64,000 nucleotides of DNA, from positions 2,790,001 to 2,854,000 of the forward strand of contig NW_026782003.1 of NCBI RefSeq assembly GCF_031769215.1, read 5' to 3'. The position numbers and the translations under genes were made by a program. Of this stretch, positions 34,208-47,400 are shown piece by piece; within the stretch, counting starts at the first letter, position 1; every line of letters begins with the position of its first letter. Below the pieces are notes generated by a model that saw only the letters and a list, made by a program, of their open reading frames with translations, searched no databases and was not told the origin of the DNA. The stretch comes from Ylistrum balloti (lineage: Eukaryota).

Positions 34208-37200
34208 ACTTCCACATGATATGTCTTTACTCGGATTTGAAAACTTATTTTGTTCTCTAATTTGCTGAATAAATCCAGATGTAAATTTCTGTCCTTGGTT
34301 CAATACCTTTGAAATCTCGGATATTAAAATCGCATCTATCTGTTATTGTAAGATAGGAAGACAGTGCAGGAAAATTAACGTATAAAGTTTGGGCCATGCT
34401 ACCTAAAGGATGAAGAAAATCGTTCTCTATTGTCGAAATTTGACACGATTTTTCACCTTTACTGTTGGGAAGTGTACAGTATGCAATGAACTGATCTAGT
34501 TCTAAATTGGTTTAATTCTGGACTTTTTTTAAACGAGTAAACATGTAATAAAGGATTAAACATTGTATTGTAAATGAAGCTTACGAACACGCATCCACAA
34601 ACGACAATACTATACATTTCAACCTATGGCTACAAGGCTTAAAACACTATTCAATAATAAACAGATCACGACAATACGCACGTGCTGTGTTCCTGCCCAA
34701 ATGTACGAAACATTTCTTCTTCCAGTAACGTCCTGGGCGCCTTCTGTGGCATTCATGGACCACGGTATGACGTGAATTTGTCTTAGCCGCCCACGAGACG
34801 AAATATGTCGACATGGATGTGGTATTACATGGACGTACCGTGGACAGCCGTGGACTGTCTTGTCCACGCTTTGTCCATGCGCGTCACGGGCGGGTGTAAA
34901 ATGCAAAATCCGCCTAACCTGCACGGCATGGCACGTTCCGCGTGATCACGTGATGTGAGCAGTATTTCCGTGTCACAATGTCGTGAGCTACGATTACTAG
35001 TGATAACAAATGGTTTTATGTAAGTACCGTAACACATAATCAAAATGAATGAAATAGGATTCTTAATATGGGCATGTCTTCACTGTGACAAATTTTCTCT
35101 TCACAAATAGAAGTGATCCAATTGAAATACTGATCAGTCATGTGGTGTATATTGATGGTCAGTATTTTAACCAGATTGAAAGAGGCAGTAACGAGGTATA
35201 GTGTTCTATGATACCAGTGTACTGAGACAAGATCTGTTGTAACACTTTGACAAAAGTTTAATGTGTTACACACAGTGTTGCATGTACTTTTTATTCGAAT
35301 TATCAACTGTTCGTGTTTCAATAGTATTTCTTACTAAGACAATGACCGATAAAGTACTTCCAGTTAAGCGGTGTATTCGAGTTTTCCGAGAATCAATTTC
35401 GAAGGTACCAACATGTAGTTGTACTGTTTGTATTCTATAACGTATAATTCCAGAACTAAAGGCTCCAAATATCTTCTTTTTTTTTAAATGTTTAAATAGT
35501 AGTTGTAAGAAAATTATGATAGTATGGTATTCCATTGTACCTGGTATCTATATCAGGTTCTGCGTTTCAGATCTAAGGAGGTTCAGTTTAAACTTTCAGA
35601 AGATCTGATGTTTTTTTTTAAATAGAAATGTTTGTTGGATTATTAAAAACAAAAGATAAAAGTTATTGTATATATTTTTTTATTTTGCAACACAACAATT
35701 ATGGTCAATCATATGACTCCTGTTTAAGTCTTCAGAGGCTGCGAGACATAAGTACATATATACTTGCATACAACAAGCCTGTTAGCCAGAAAACCAATAG
35801 GGTGACTGGTATAAAATAAGATTATACCATCAACACCTGTGCAAAACTAAGTTTTGACTTGTGTTCTAGATTTCTTTCCAGAAAAGCTATGTTTAGGTTT
35901 AACTACACAAAACATTTTGAAAAGATTTGGTGGTAAACATTGTTAGATAAATGACTAGAGCCACGAGGTAACATAAATGTATACCACTTAGACTGGTTAG
36001 TGAGCTGAAAGCAGAACAAATATCACATCTAGTAGCTGTAGACAGGCTACCAACATGCTTAAACAGCATCAAGAAGGGGTAAAAGACATAAGGAAAATAA
36101 AGTTTACCTCAGCAGAAATTGTACAACTGGGTCCAACTCCTAAAATGTGTTTGACTCTAGTCTAATGCCACAGAAAACTAGGTTCTTGTACAAATGTGTT
36201 TCACTAATAAGCACATGGTAAATTATGGCTAGCAATTTAATTGATAGTTCTCAACTTCTAACAATCTTCGTTATCATAGGGTCAAACATTTATGATGGCT
36301 GAATATTCCACCAGAGATCAACTGATATCAGTACACACTCTCTTTAATTCCATTATTACTGTTGACTAGACTCCCAGACAAATCTGCACAACGTAAACAA
36401 TAGGAAGTTAGAAATCTGATTTCCATCCTAAATGATACAAGATCACTTAACTGTCGTTGAGGGAGAACATAAATATTACACAACAAAAGGCAAGAACTCT
36501 GTAAACATTTGCAACAAAGGCCAAACTGGGTGTTTGAGATCCAACTACATCACAAATACACAGGGAATAAAGGGCCATAACTCTTGTAAAAAACAAAGGG
36601 ACACATGGCTCAATTTGTGATGTAATCTGTAAGAGACATACGTCATTGTATAAAAATGTCTCATAGTAAGTAAATTCTTCTTTTAATCCCTAATTGTATA
36701 TTCTACATATTGAAAATAATACTTGTTCAAAATAAAATATTATAAGCTTTGAAAAATAAAAATTATAATAACAATAAAAACAAATTAAGCAGTTGCTTAC
36801 ATAGATATCCCCCCTCCCCTCCTCATCTTATAATCTTGTACACAAGCTATTTATTTCAAGTGGTCAACCTTTGATGGTCAACCTTGACCGATGGCCACAT
36901 CAATACCTAATCAGATGTAGATATTAGTGGGATGAGACCACAGTGTGAACAAGACCTATACCTGTCCATGCTTTCATGAGTTATACATACACAATACATG
37001 AACATGGACTCACAGATGCAAGCATGCATAACAAAATGCTTACAGGTATACTATATACCTTATTACATAAGTGAGGACTATAGAAAATAAAATAAATAAA
37101 TAAAGAAGTTAGATTTGTACATTTTGAGAATTGTCATGAAGCATATATATATGAATAATATTAGCATAAAAAATAAACAATAAAAATTGCTCCCATAAAA

Positions 37201-38849
37201 AAGTCCCTTGTATCCAGCTATGGACTAAATCAACAGTTTCCAAAACTACCACTACTAGGCTATAAAATATGTTTTAATACAAAAGTATTATTATGCATTA
37301 CAAACCATGAATTTTTTAGCTAATGGAGGCTTACTGAAGCAACAAGATGAGCCATTTGCTCACAAGAATGAAGTTGAGTGTTTAGCTTGAATAAAGTGTT
37401 AAAGACTATACACAGTATCAATTAAGGCCTAAAGTAAAATATTAATGGTTCATTTAAACCTTAGATCTACAAATACACTGCAAATTATCAAAGATGCAAA
37501 ATTTTGTTAACTGCTTCTTCAATTCCAAACTTGTAGTCTTTTAATTTTTTTTCCTCTGTATCTCTCTCTTCAAAGCAAACTAAAAAATAGTTTCATATCA
37601 TCAGACGATACATCATCGTTTATCAAGATTCTATGTACTATTAAAAATCAAAATTAAAAAAGAAAATAGCTGCTAGAGGATACAAGTCAAAATACATTTC
37701 TTTGTCCATAGCATGTACATGTATGTAAAATGGACAAGAGCTTTAAGACTTTCCTATCAAACTTAACACTTTCTATTGCTTTTCACTTAGATATTTTGTA
37801 CCATATCTTGTAAAAGTAAAACTTTTTGAAAAGAAAAAAGTCATCCGTTAGAAATGATATGAGTTATCTCCCTTCATACTTGAATACCCAATCATTTATC
37901 TCTGTATGACCTGTTAAGTAAAAAAAAGTACAGGTCTTTATGAAGTAAAATTCCCATAAAACATGAGTTAAAGTACAAATGTATACACACATTTCAGTAT
38001 GATATGATAAATATATTAAACTTTAAAACAAAATACGTTGTAGATCTATACATATCCAAAATTACAAATGATATGTTATATGTAACCTCAACTTTATCAT
38101 ACTTGGTCATTTATTCTGTGGCTAATTTTGAATATATTTCCTAATTAAAAAGTCCGACCATATATATTATTAATCTAAAAGAAGTTAACAGCACAATATA
38201 AACATTTGGTTGGTATTGTCTGGCAATGAATTCTATAATCAAGTAATGTTATTATTTCCTTCTTTTACCAGGATACCATTTTGAAAAAAATTACTTTTCG
38301 CTAGATAATACATTTTCTTACAGTACTGTTGAGTCATAGAGCTTAGCGCTATGCATACAATAAAGAAGTGGTGCAGTAAGATGAGCCAGCAACATGACTG
38401 ACCTGAAGGACATTTTACTACCGTAATTATATATGATACTATTTGAAATATCTGTATATCAAATGCTGATATAATATCAAAAATTGTAAAAAGTATTCCA
38501 TAAACAGATTCACACTGAAGATTATTATCAGCACCTAAATGAATAATCTTCTGTTTAAAACATTCAACAGCTTCAAACAGCTGAAGCTTAAAACAAGCAT
38601 TCACAGAAACTGATTTTTTTTCTTGTTTAACAAAACAGTTGCAATATGTATAGCAAAGCTACATTAATATGTAGTCTATAACATCGTCCTTTAGAGCAAT
38701 GACCAATCTGTATGAATGGGTCACATTGCTACCTACATATGTAAACTACATTATAGATTTTTAACACATTTCACAAATATCTACAAAATTATTAGTCATA
38801 TGCTGTTCACGACAGAACTCATTCATAATCCAGCAGAAAAGGGTACCAG

Positions 38850-38932
38850 AGAACCTGAGTACCACAGAACCTGAGTACCACAGACCCCGAGTACCACAGA
38901 ACCTGAGTACCACAGAAACCGAGTACCACAGA
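38850..38932. repeat. 16-bp tandem repeat, 5 units
   Basis: Unit agaacctgagtaccac. Confidence 0.9.
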
Positions 38933-39726
38933 GCTGCATGGGTACCAGAGAACTGGGTTCCTTAGAACGAAGTACAAAAGAACCAGGTACCACAGTACTG
39001 GATAACGTAAAACTGAGTACCACTGAGCTGATTACAACAGAAATAAACAGGTTTAAGTCTCATAATGTATTATATGAAGATGAGTCTGTCAGTTATAACC
39101 TGCAAATCATCATAGTAAAACATTAAGGACCAATCTCCCTTAACTTCATGACAGCACTGTATAGGGGAAAACACCTGTTGCATTTTATTTTCATCATTTT
39201 TGCCATTTTCTCCGATGTGGCAAAAACAAAAAATTAGCTAAGGATTAACGCTAAAGCTGAAACATATCTTAAAATGTCTTTTAGGTCAAAATTATCACTG
39301 GGTGAAAATCAAAAGTTTTATGCGAGGGCGAAAAAAAATCCCTGATTAAATGATTCCCTGTATATGATACAAAGACAACTAAATTCCCAGTACATTCCTA
39401 AACATGTATATATATTACGACTCGCCAATCTATTAGTTTGCATTTTTATAAACACTAATATGAATACAGCTATACATATTTATTTATAGAGCTTACTTCA
39501 TAGAATCTTCTAAAGCGCCAGCAGAGTATCACCAGGACAGATATACCAAAGCTACTTTTACACATCATATGGGTCAAAATCACATGTAGTTCTGATGACA
39601 TCTGATCAATAGAATACCATTACAACCAAATCAAGATGTTGGTTGGTTGCTTAATGTATCAAACATGTTTTCACTGTTATCATCATTTAGCAGACACAAG
39701 GACAGTGGACTTAAATAATATCTCTG

Positions 39727-40717
39727 CCTCCAGTGAGACATGGCCATGTCGGTCAAGTATGTCCTCCAGTGAGACATGGCCATGTTGGTCAAGCATGTCC
39801 TCCAGTGAGACTCTGCCATGTCGGTCAAGTATGTCCTCCAGTGAGACAAAGCGATGTCAGTCAAGTATGTCCTCCAGTGAGACATGGCAATGTTGGTCAA
39901 GCATGTCCTCCAGTGAGACAAAGCGATGTCAGTCAAGTATGTCCTCCAGTGAGACATGGCAATGTCGGTCAAGCATGTCCTTCAGTGAAACATGGCCATG
40001 TCGGTCAAGTATGTCCTCCAGTGAGACAAAGCGATGTCAGTCAAGTATGTCCTCCAGTGAGACATGGCAATGTTGGTCAAGCATGTCCTCCAGTGAGACA
40101 TGGCCATGTCAGTCAAGTATGTCCTCCAGTGAGACATGGCCATGTTGGTCAAGTATGTCCTCCAGTGAGACTCGGCCATGTCAGTCAAGTATGTCCTCCA
40201 GTGAGACATGGCCATGTTGGTCAAGTATGTCCTCCAGTGAGACAAAGCGATGTCAGTCAAGTATGTCCTCCAGTGAGACATGGCAATGTTGGTCAAGCAT
40301 GTCCTCCAGTGAGACATGGCCATGTCAGTCAAGTATGTCCTCCAGTGAGACATGGCCATGTTGGTCAAGTATGTCCTCCAGTGAGACTCGGCCATGTCTG
40401 TCAAGCATGTCCTCCAGTGAGACTCGGCCATGTCTGTCAAGCATGTCCTCCAGTGAGACTCGGCCATGTCTGTCAAGCATGTCCTCCAGTGAGACATGGC
40501 AATGTCAGTCAAGCATGTCCTCCAGTGAGACTCGGCCATGTCGGTCAAGCATGTCCTCCAGTGAGACATGGCAATGTCAGTCAAGCATGTCCTCCAGTGA
40601 GACTCGGCCATGTCTGTCAAGTATGTCCTCCAGTGAGACACGGCCATGTTGATCAAGTATGTCCTCCAGTGAGACATGGCCATGTTGGTCAAGTATGTCC
40701 TCCAGTGAGACATGGCC
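39727..40717. repeat. 36-bp minisatellite, about 27.5 units, with a 216-bp higher-order repeat; three reading frames open
   Basis: Unit cctccagtgagacatggccatgtcggtcaagtatgt. The same variant series starts at 40021 and 40237. Confidence 0.97.
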
Positions 40718-41444
40718 GTATCAGTTAAGTAAGCGCACTGGCAAACACGATAACTCTATAATTATGCTATCACTGTAATGAATGCAGGTGTTGATGTCCC
40801 AGCCTATTTCTATAGAGGTCTAATGAAAAACATATCATAATCATAAACTTCCCTAATATCCCACTATCATCAAACAATAACTTGGAGTCAGGTTCTCCTA
40901 AATTTTATCTGTAAAACATTTCCAGTTAGTTAAATGTGTCATAGAGATAAAATAGATATGTCTTCCATTGCAATTAAGAATCAATTAAGTAATGATCAAA
41001 CATTAAATTTCTGGTTTCCTTCCAAATCACATTTCATATACTTTTAGATCAAGAAAATTCTGAGCTTTAGAAGTCATTTATAATCACTGGTATCAAATGA
41101 AACAACACATTTGTAATAAAACGACATAAGTTTTAGAATAGGGTGTAACCCCACACACATCATATTTATCTAGCTGTAAATCTATGACTGTCAAATAGGT
41201 CTACCTATATCTGATACCGTTATGCTGCTCATTAGCATAACCCACTTCAAACACACCCACAACATCAGGTGTATGTCAGCATAAACAGTACATTATGACT
41301 TTGACCCATACATCATTTATTACAGTACCCTGTAGTGAATTTATACAAGTTAATATCAACATCCAACATAGCATTCAAAAGCACATTCTATAATATATCA
41401 CGGTCAATTCTCAACATTAGACACACTACCTAATTACAAAAACA

Positions 41445-44400
41445 TCACCGATTTGTTAGGTAGTCTGACTTCCAAGTTTTAGCGACTTCAAATCCTTTTT
41501 GTTTCAGCTTGTAGTCCAGAATGGCTTGTTGGATCTCCTCTTCAGTATTCATTACAAACGGACCTAAATTATAGAGGGGAAAAAAACATAAAACAAAAAT
41601 TCTATTATCAGTATTTATCACTGAATTAAGCATACAGTGGTGTTGATCTAGAAAACATCAGTCTGAACTGGTTAATGTTTTATTTGTGTCAGATATAAGT
41701 TGTACCAATTATGTTAATTTTATTTACGTGTTTTCGATTCTTCACTAAAGATAAATCCTCCCTACTTTGTCTCCTCTAACAGATTAAGGTCCTCACATCC
41801 TATCCCAAGTCATCAAACAAACAAAGATTCCTCATTTAATATCCATATGATTTGTGTTGATTGTACATTGAATAAATCTGATCAATCATTTTTTTCTATC
41901 TTCCCTCGTAAAAGTGTAAAATAATGTTATTTGTGAGTTGTTCATTTTACGTAAACACATGTAACTCAAGTCTAAATCAATGTAAATGTTGTCACTTATC
42001 AAATTTCAGATCAATAAAAGATATTGTCACTTATCAAATTTCAGATCAATCAAAGATATTGACTTTTGCCAAATTTCAGATCAATAAAAATACTGACACT
42101 TGCCAAATTTCAGATCAATAAAAATATTGACACTTGCCAAATTTCAGATCAATAAAAATATTGACACTTGCCAAATTTCAGATCAATGTTATTGTTGACA
42201 CTTACCATGGGTAGCAACTGGTTCACCTAAAGGCTGACCACCTATTAACACAAAATGACATTCCTCTGGTCCCTGAAATATCAAATATTACAGTTTCAAC
42301 ACATGTCATTTGAACGAGACACTGTTGTGTGAACATCACTTGTACACACATAGCTATGGGTATTGAGTTTCTTAATGGTTTATTTCACACCTTTGTTACC
42401 TTGAAGGAAGGTCAAGGAAAATTTTGAACTTGAGAAGAAGTCGAAAATGTGTTTTCAAGATGGCAACCATGTTGGATTTCGGACCAACCCGAAATTAACA
42501 CACTTTGGTCAGGATCATGTCATGATCATTTTAGGTAAGTTTCAGTTCAATGAGACATATAGAACTTGAGAAGAAGTTGAATATGTTTACGATGGATGAC
42601 GGACGACGCCGGACAAACGGCAATCGCAATAGGTCATCAGACCCTTCGGTCAGACGATGTAAAAATCCCTTATGAAGTGATTTATGATAATATTCCTCAC
42701 ATAATATACTACTACACACTATAACAGGTTAGCTATGATAATATTCCTCACATAATATACTACTACACACTATAACAGGTTAGCTATGATAATATTCCTC
42801 ACATAGAATACTACTACACACTATAACAGGTTAGCTATGATAAAATTCCTCACATAAAATACTACTACACACTATAACAGGTTAGCTATAATAATATTCC
42901 TCACTTAAAATACTACTACCTACACACTATAACAGGTTAGCTATGATAATATTCTTTACATAATATACTACTACACACTATAACAGGTTAGCTATGATAA
43001 TATTCCTCACATAATATATTACTACACACTATAACAGGTTAGCTATGATAAAATTCCTCACATAATATACTACTACACACTATAACAGGTTAGCTATGAT
43101 AATATTCCTCACTTAAAATACTACTACACACTATAACAGGTTAGCTATGACAATATTCCTCACATAATATACTACTACACACTATAACAGGTTAGCTATG
43201 ATAATATTCCTCACTTAAAATACTACTACACACTATAACAGGTTAGCTATGATAATATTCCTCACATAATATACTACTACACACTATAACAGGTTAGCTA
43301 TGATAAAATTCCTCACATAATATACTACTACACACTATAACAGGTTAGCTATGATAATATTCCTCACTTAAAATACTACTACACACTATAACAGGTTAGC
43401 TATAATAATATTCCTCACATAATATACTACTACATACTATAACAGGTTAGCTATGATAATATTCCTCACATAATATACTACTACACACTATAACAGGTTA
43501 GCTATGATAAAATTCTTCACATAATATACTACTACACACTATAACAGGTTAGCTATGATAATATTCCTCACATAAAATAAATACTACTACACACTATAAC
43601 AGGTTAGCTATGACAATATTCCTCACATAAAATATATACTACTACACACTATAACAGGTTAGCTATGATAATATTCCTCACATAATATACTACTACACAC
43701 TATAACAGGTTAGCTATGACAATATTCCTCACATAAAATATATACTACTACACACTATAACAGGTTAGCTATGATAATATTCCTCACATAATATACTACT
43801 ACACACTATAACAGGTTAGCTATGATAATATTCCTCACATAAAACACCACTACATACTATAACAGGTTAGCTATGATAATATTCCTCACATAAAATACTA
43901 CTACACACTATAACAGGTTAGCTATGATAAAATTCCTCACATAAAATACTACTACACACTATAACAGGTTAGCTATGATAATATTCCTCTCATAAAACAC
44001 CACTACATACTATAACAGGTTAGCTATAATAATATTCCTCACTTAAAATACTACTACCTACACACTATAACAGGTTAGCTATGATAAAATTCCTCACATA
44101 AAATACTACTACACACTATAACAGGTTAGCTATGATAATATTCTTCACATAATATACTACTACACACTATAACAGGTTAGCTATGATAAAATTCCTCACA
44201 TAGAATACTACTACACACTATAACAGGTTAGCTATGATAATATTCTTCACATAAAATACTACTACACACTATAACAGGTTAGCTATGATAAAATTCCTCA
44301 CATAAAATAAATACTACTACACACTATAACAGGTTAGCTATGACAATATTCCTCACATAAAATACTACTACACACTATAACAGGTTAGCTATGATAATAT

Positions 44401-47400
44401 TCCTCACATAAAATACCATTACCTACACAATAAAACAGGCTAGAGATTACCTTGTTTACTGCAACTAAGTTTTCCCCTTCATCATTGAGAATGAGGGCAT
44501 GGTGAGGGCATCCCTCGGTCTGATTCCCTTCTGGTCCTAATCATTGAGAAAAAGAAACCAATCAACAGTAAATATGGGCAGTGACATTGAGTAAAAAATA
44601 TCAGCAACGGTGAGTAAAAGTGAAACAAAACAAGGTACAGATGTGTATACATCTGAAATGTTCAGTTCCTGAAATTCATTGTAAATGGGTAGAAAATGTG
44701 GGATTTAATTGTTCCAATATTAATTTTTGAATATATATGTAGATTGTTGTTTATTACTTACCAAACAAGGCTTTACCACTGAGTACATAGACAAATGAAT
44801 TCCACCCTTTCTTAATAGGCTGAACCAGTTTACCATCTTTCTGCATCTTGAAGTCTAAGTACACTGTTTGTGTTCTTGTCAACATTGGCGACTACAAAAG
44901 TTGTCATTAAAATCTAATCACACACAAATTTATGATTAAAATATATAAGAGGATGAGATTCAACAGATTCACAATCATCATCCAGTTCAATCGTACAACA
45001 CAAAATCATTGTGTTAACAAGATATATAAGCACAAAAATGTACACAGAAATAATCCATTTACCAAAAACAATCCTTTTTTCTCATATTTATATATATATA
45101 TATATAAACCAGGAACACATATTAATGAGAGAAAAAATACAGCCACTACTTACTAATACAGAGATCAAACTGACCTTGACACCTTGAGATTCCCCAGCAA
45201 TGACCTTGACAGTGGTGTTGTCCTTGGTGTTCCGTGGAATATCCTTGTCTTGGAGTTCCTGATAGGCAGGATCAATCATCTTGTCTTTGCTGGCTAAATT
45301 TACCCACAGCTGAAGGCCATGAACCTCCTCTGTACCAGAGGGCATCTCACAATGGACAATCCCTCTACCAGCAGTCATCCACTTCAAAATAATTATATAC
45401 AACTTTCACTTCTCATGATCCTCCTGTTTTGATGGATAAAGACTGAGAGTACAAGAATTTCATAATCAGTGATGTTTTACAGTAAGCATATACTGTAATT
45501 CATATAAATCTTAAGTTGAATCTATTTCTTAAAATCCTTGTGTGTGTACTTTTAAGAATCACTGTTTCCAGATGGTTCTGTTATTGGATAAGTTTTGCAC
45601 TTTAATTGTCTGTCCATCTGTCCATCCATCATTCTCTGTATCACACCGATACCACTATTGCGTAGCTGTGATCATGATCTGGACATGAGCAGGCTCAAAT
45701 TTCAAAATGTCACAGAATCAAAAAGCTGATTTGTTTTATGATAAAAAATTTTACAAGTATGTAAATATTCATCCACACCAGCATTATCAACACCGGTTTA
45801 AACTTTGTCCTTGACCTTGGGACAGAAGACAATATTCTAAAAGTAAATCCACCAGAATATACTTTGTATGTTTCCAATCGATATAAGGTTTATAATGTAC
45901 TATAATGTATAATCCTTAAGCACAGGGAATAGTATGTCAATAGGTCTAGTGAAAACAGTCGTCAGTGATTGGTTCCCTGTTCCCTAATGTACTTCTAGTA
46001 ACTTTAATCATATACTGTACCCTAAACTACTGACACCTGTATAAATCTCACCTGAACATCACCAGCATGAAGGGTTCCCTTGTGACCACAACAGTCCTCA
46101 TGCATCCCAGCACCTTGCAGGACATATGATACCTGTAGATCATAAATCAGCAAATGAGAATTTTTGAAAATTTAACTCATATAACAGAAGGTAAACATTA
46201 TTACCTTGATTTAAACTCATTTGTTTCTAACAATGAATTAACTATGAAATTGTTGTTCAGCTAAAAGATCCAAAGATCAATGAGGCAGGGACACAGACAG
46301 GAAAGAAGAGGTCCACATCAACTACAGTAGGGGAGTTGGGGAAACAGAGTGGATGCTGGAACTGTGAGATGTAACATAACTGGGAACACCTGTCAGAAGA
46401 CAATGAGTCACCTGTTCACACTTCCAACAGTGGGATAAAGGCTAACATTCAGGAGCAACAGCAGGTGATTCAGAAGGAAGTACAGAGAGTAGAAGAGGAT
46501 AGATGTGTGAACTGTGCAATCAGGATATAGGGGCCTGATGGAACATCACAGATAAAAGCTTACATCATCTACATAGGCTGAATTGTGGTAGATAGAACCT
46601 TTCAGGATCTCATTCATGTTATGATCATTATATGACACTCTCGCATTGCCCATTAATCTGCACCTGTAAGGAATGGCCCAATGTTCCACATCTTGTCTGG
46701 GTGCAAGAAAGACAATAACCTGTTGGACAGAGCTCAATCATGGGAGATGAGGGAGGACTTGGACGAAAAGCATGTCTTCCTAGACATTGTTGAAACAACA
46801 CTGATGCCTGATATCAAAACTAATAATTGCAGTTGATCTTAAAGTATTATGTGAAGAAGGCTGTGATGGAGCCCATGATGGGAAGAACACCAACAATGAT
46901 GAGTAGATGGTGGCAAAGCACAGGTTAAACAGAAAGATTGTATAGCTCTTCTCAGTCGAGGTTTTTGCAGACACTAGGAGTCACAGGAGGAGATAGAAGT
47001 GCAGCCATTAGATGTTTGGAGGTAGCTGCCAAGAGAGAATCATGTTCGCTATTGCAATGTCAAGACAAGCCAATGTGGAAGTAGACATAGAAGAGTTGTA
47101 GTTTAGTCACCCCTGTAGAGGATGTTGTGGTTTAGTGGCAAAATATCTGAAAATCTGACATTGACAGCTGCTTCACAACAGAAACATACCAGCGACTTAA
47201 TCTACCCAAGATTTGTCATAGAATGTAGAAGAGCATCATATTATGTAAGTCATCATCAATCAAATGACTGGCAGTATAAAATATATTGATTTAAATCTGT
47301 ACTTACAGTCTCAAAGCCTCGGTGTGGATGGTCAGGAAACCCTGCTGGTGGTGTTATGTAAAATTCATCAAGCATCAAAAAAGGATCCAGGTAGTCAACC

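Noticed and set aside
36108-36383. Minus-strand exon-like segment with good acceptor and donor
   Set aside because: All three frames stop early and no neighbouring exons were identified; splice-like sites arise often by chance.
38239-38604. 121-aa minus-strand ORF
   Set aside because: No recognisable domain, AT-rich, and no supporting exon chain; a BLASTP hit or expression would be needed.
31723-44430. CRISPR-like arrays (32-, 34-, 36- and 51-bp repeats)
   Set aside because: Units are directly adjacent with no unique spacers, the context is eukaryotic, and there are no cas genes.
46546-46737. Minus-strand ORF with AYVDDV resembling an RT YxDD motif
   Set aside because: No other RT motifs surround it, and the + strand explains the region as a HERO-like C-terminus.
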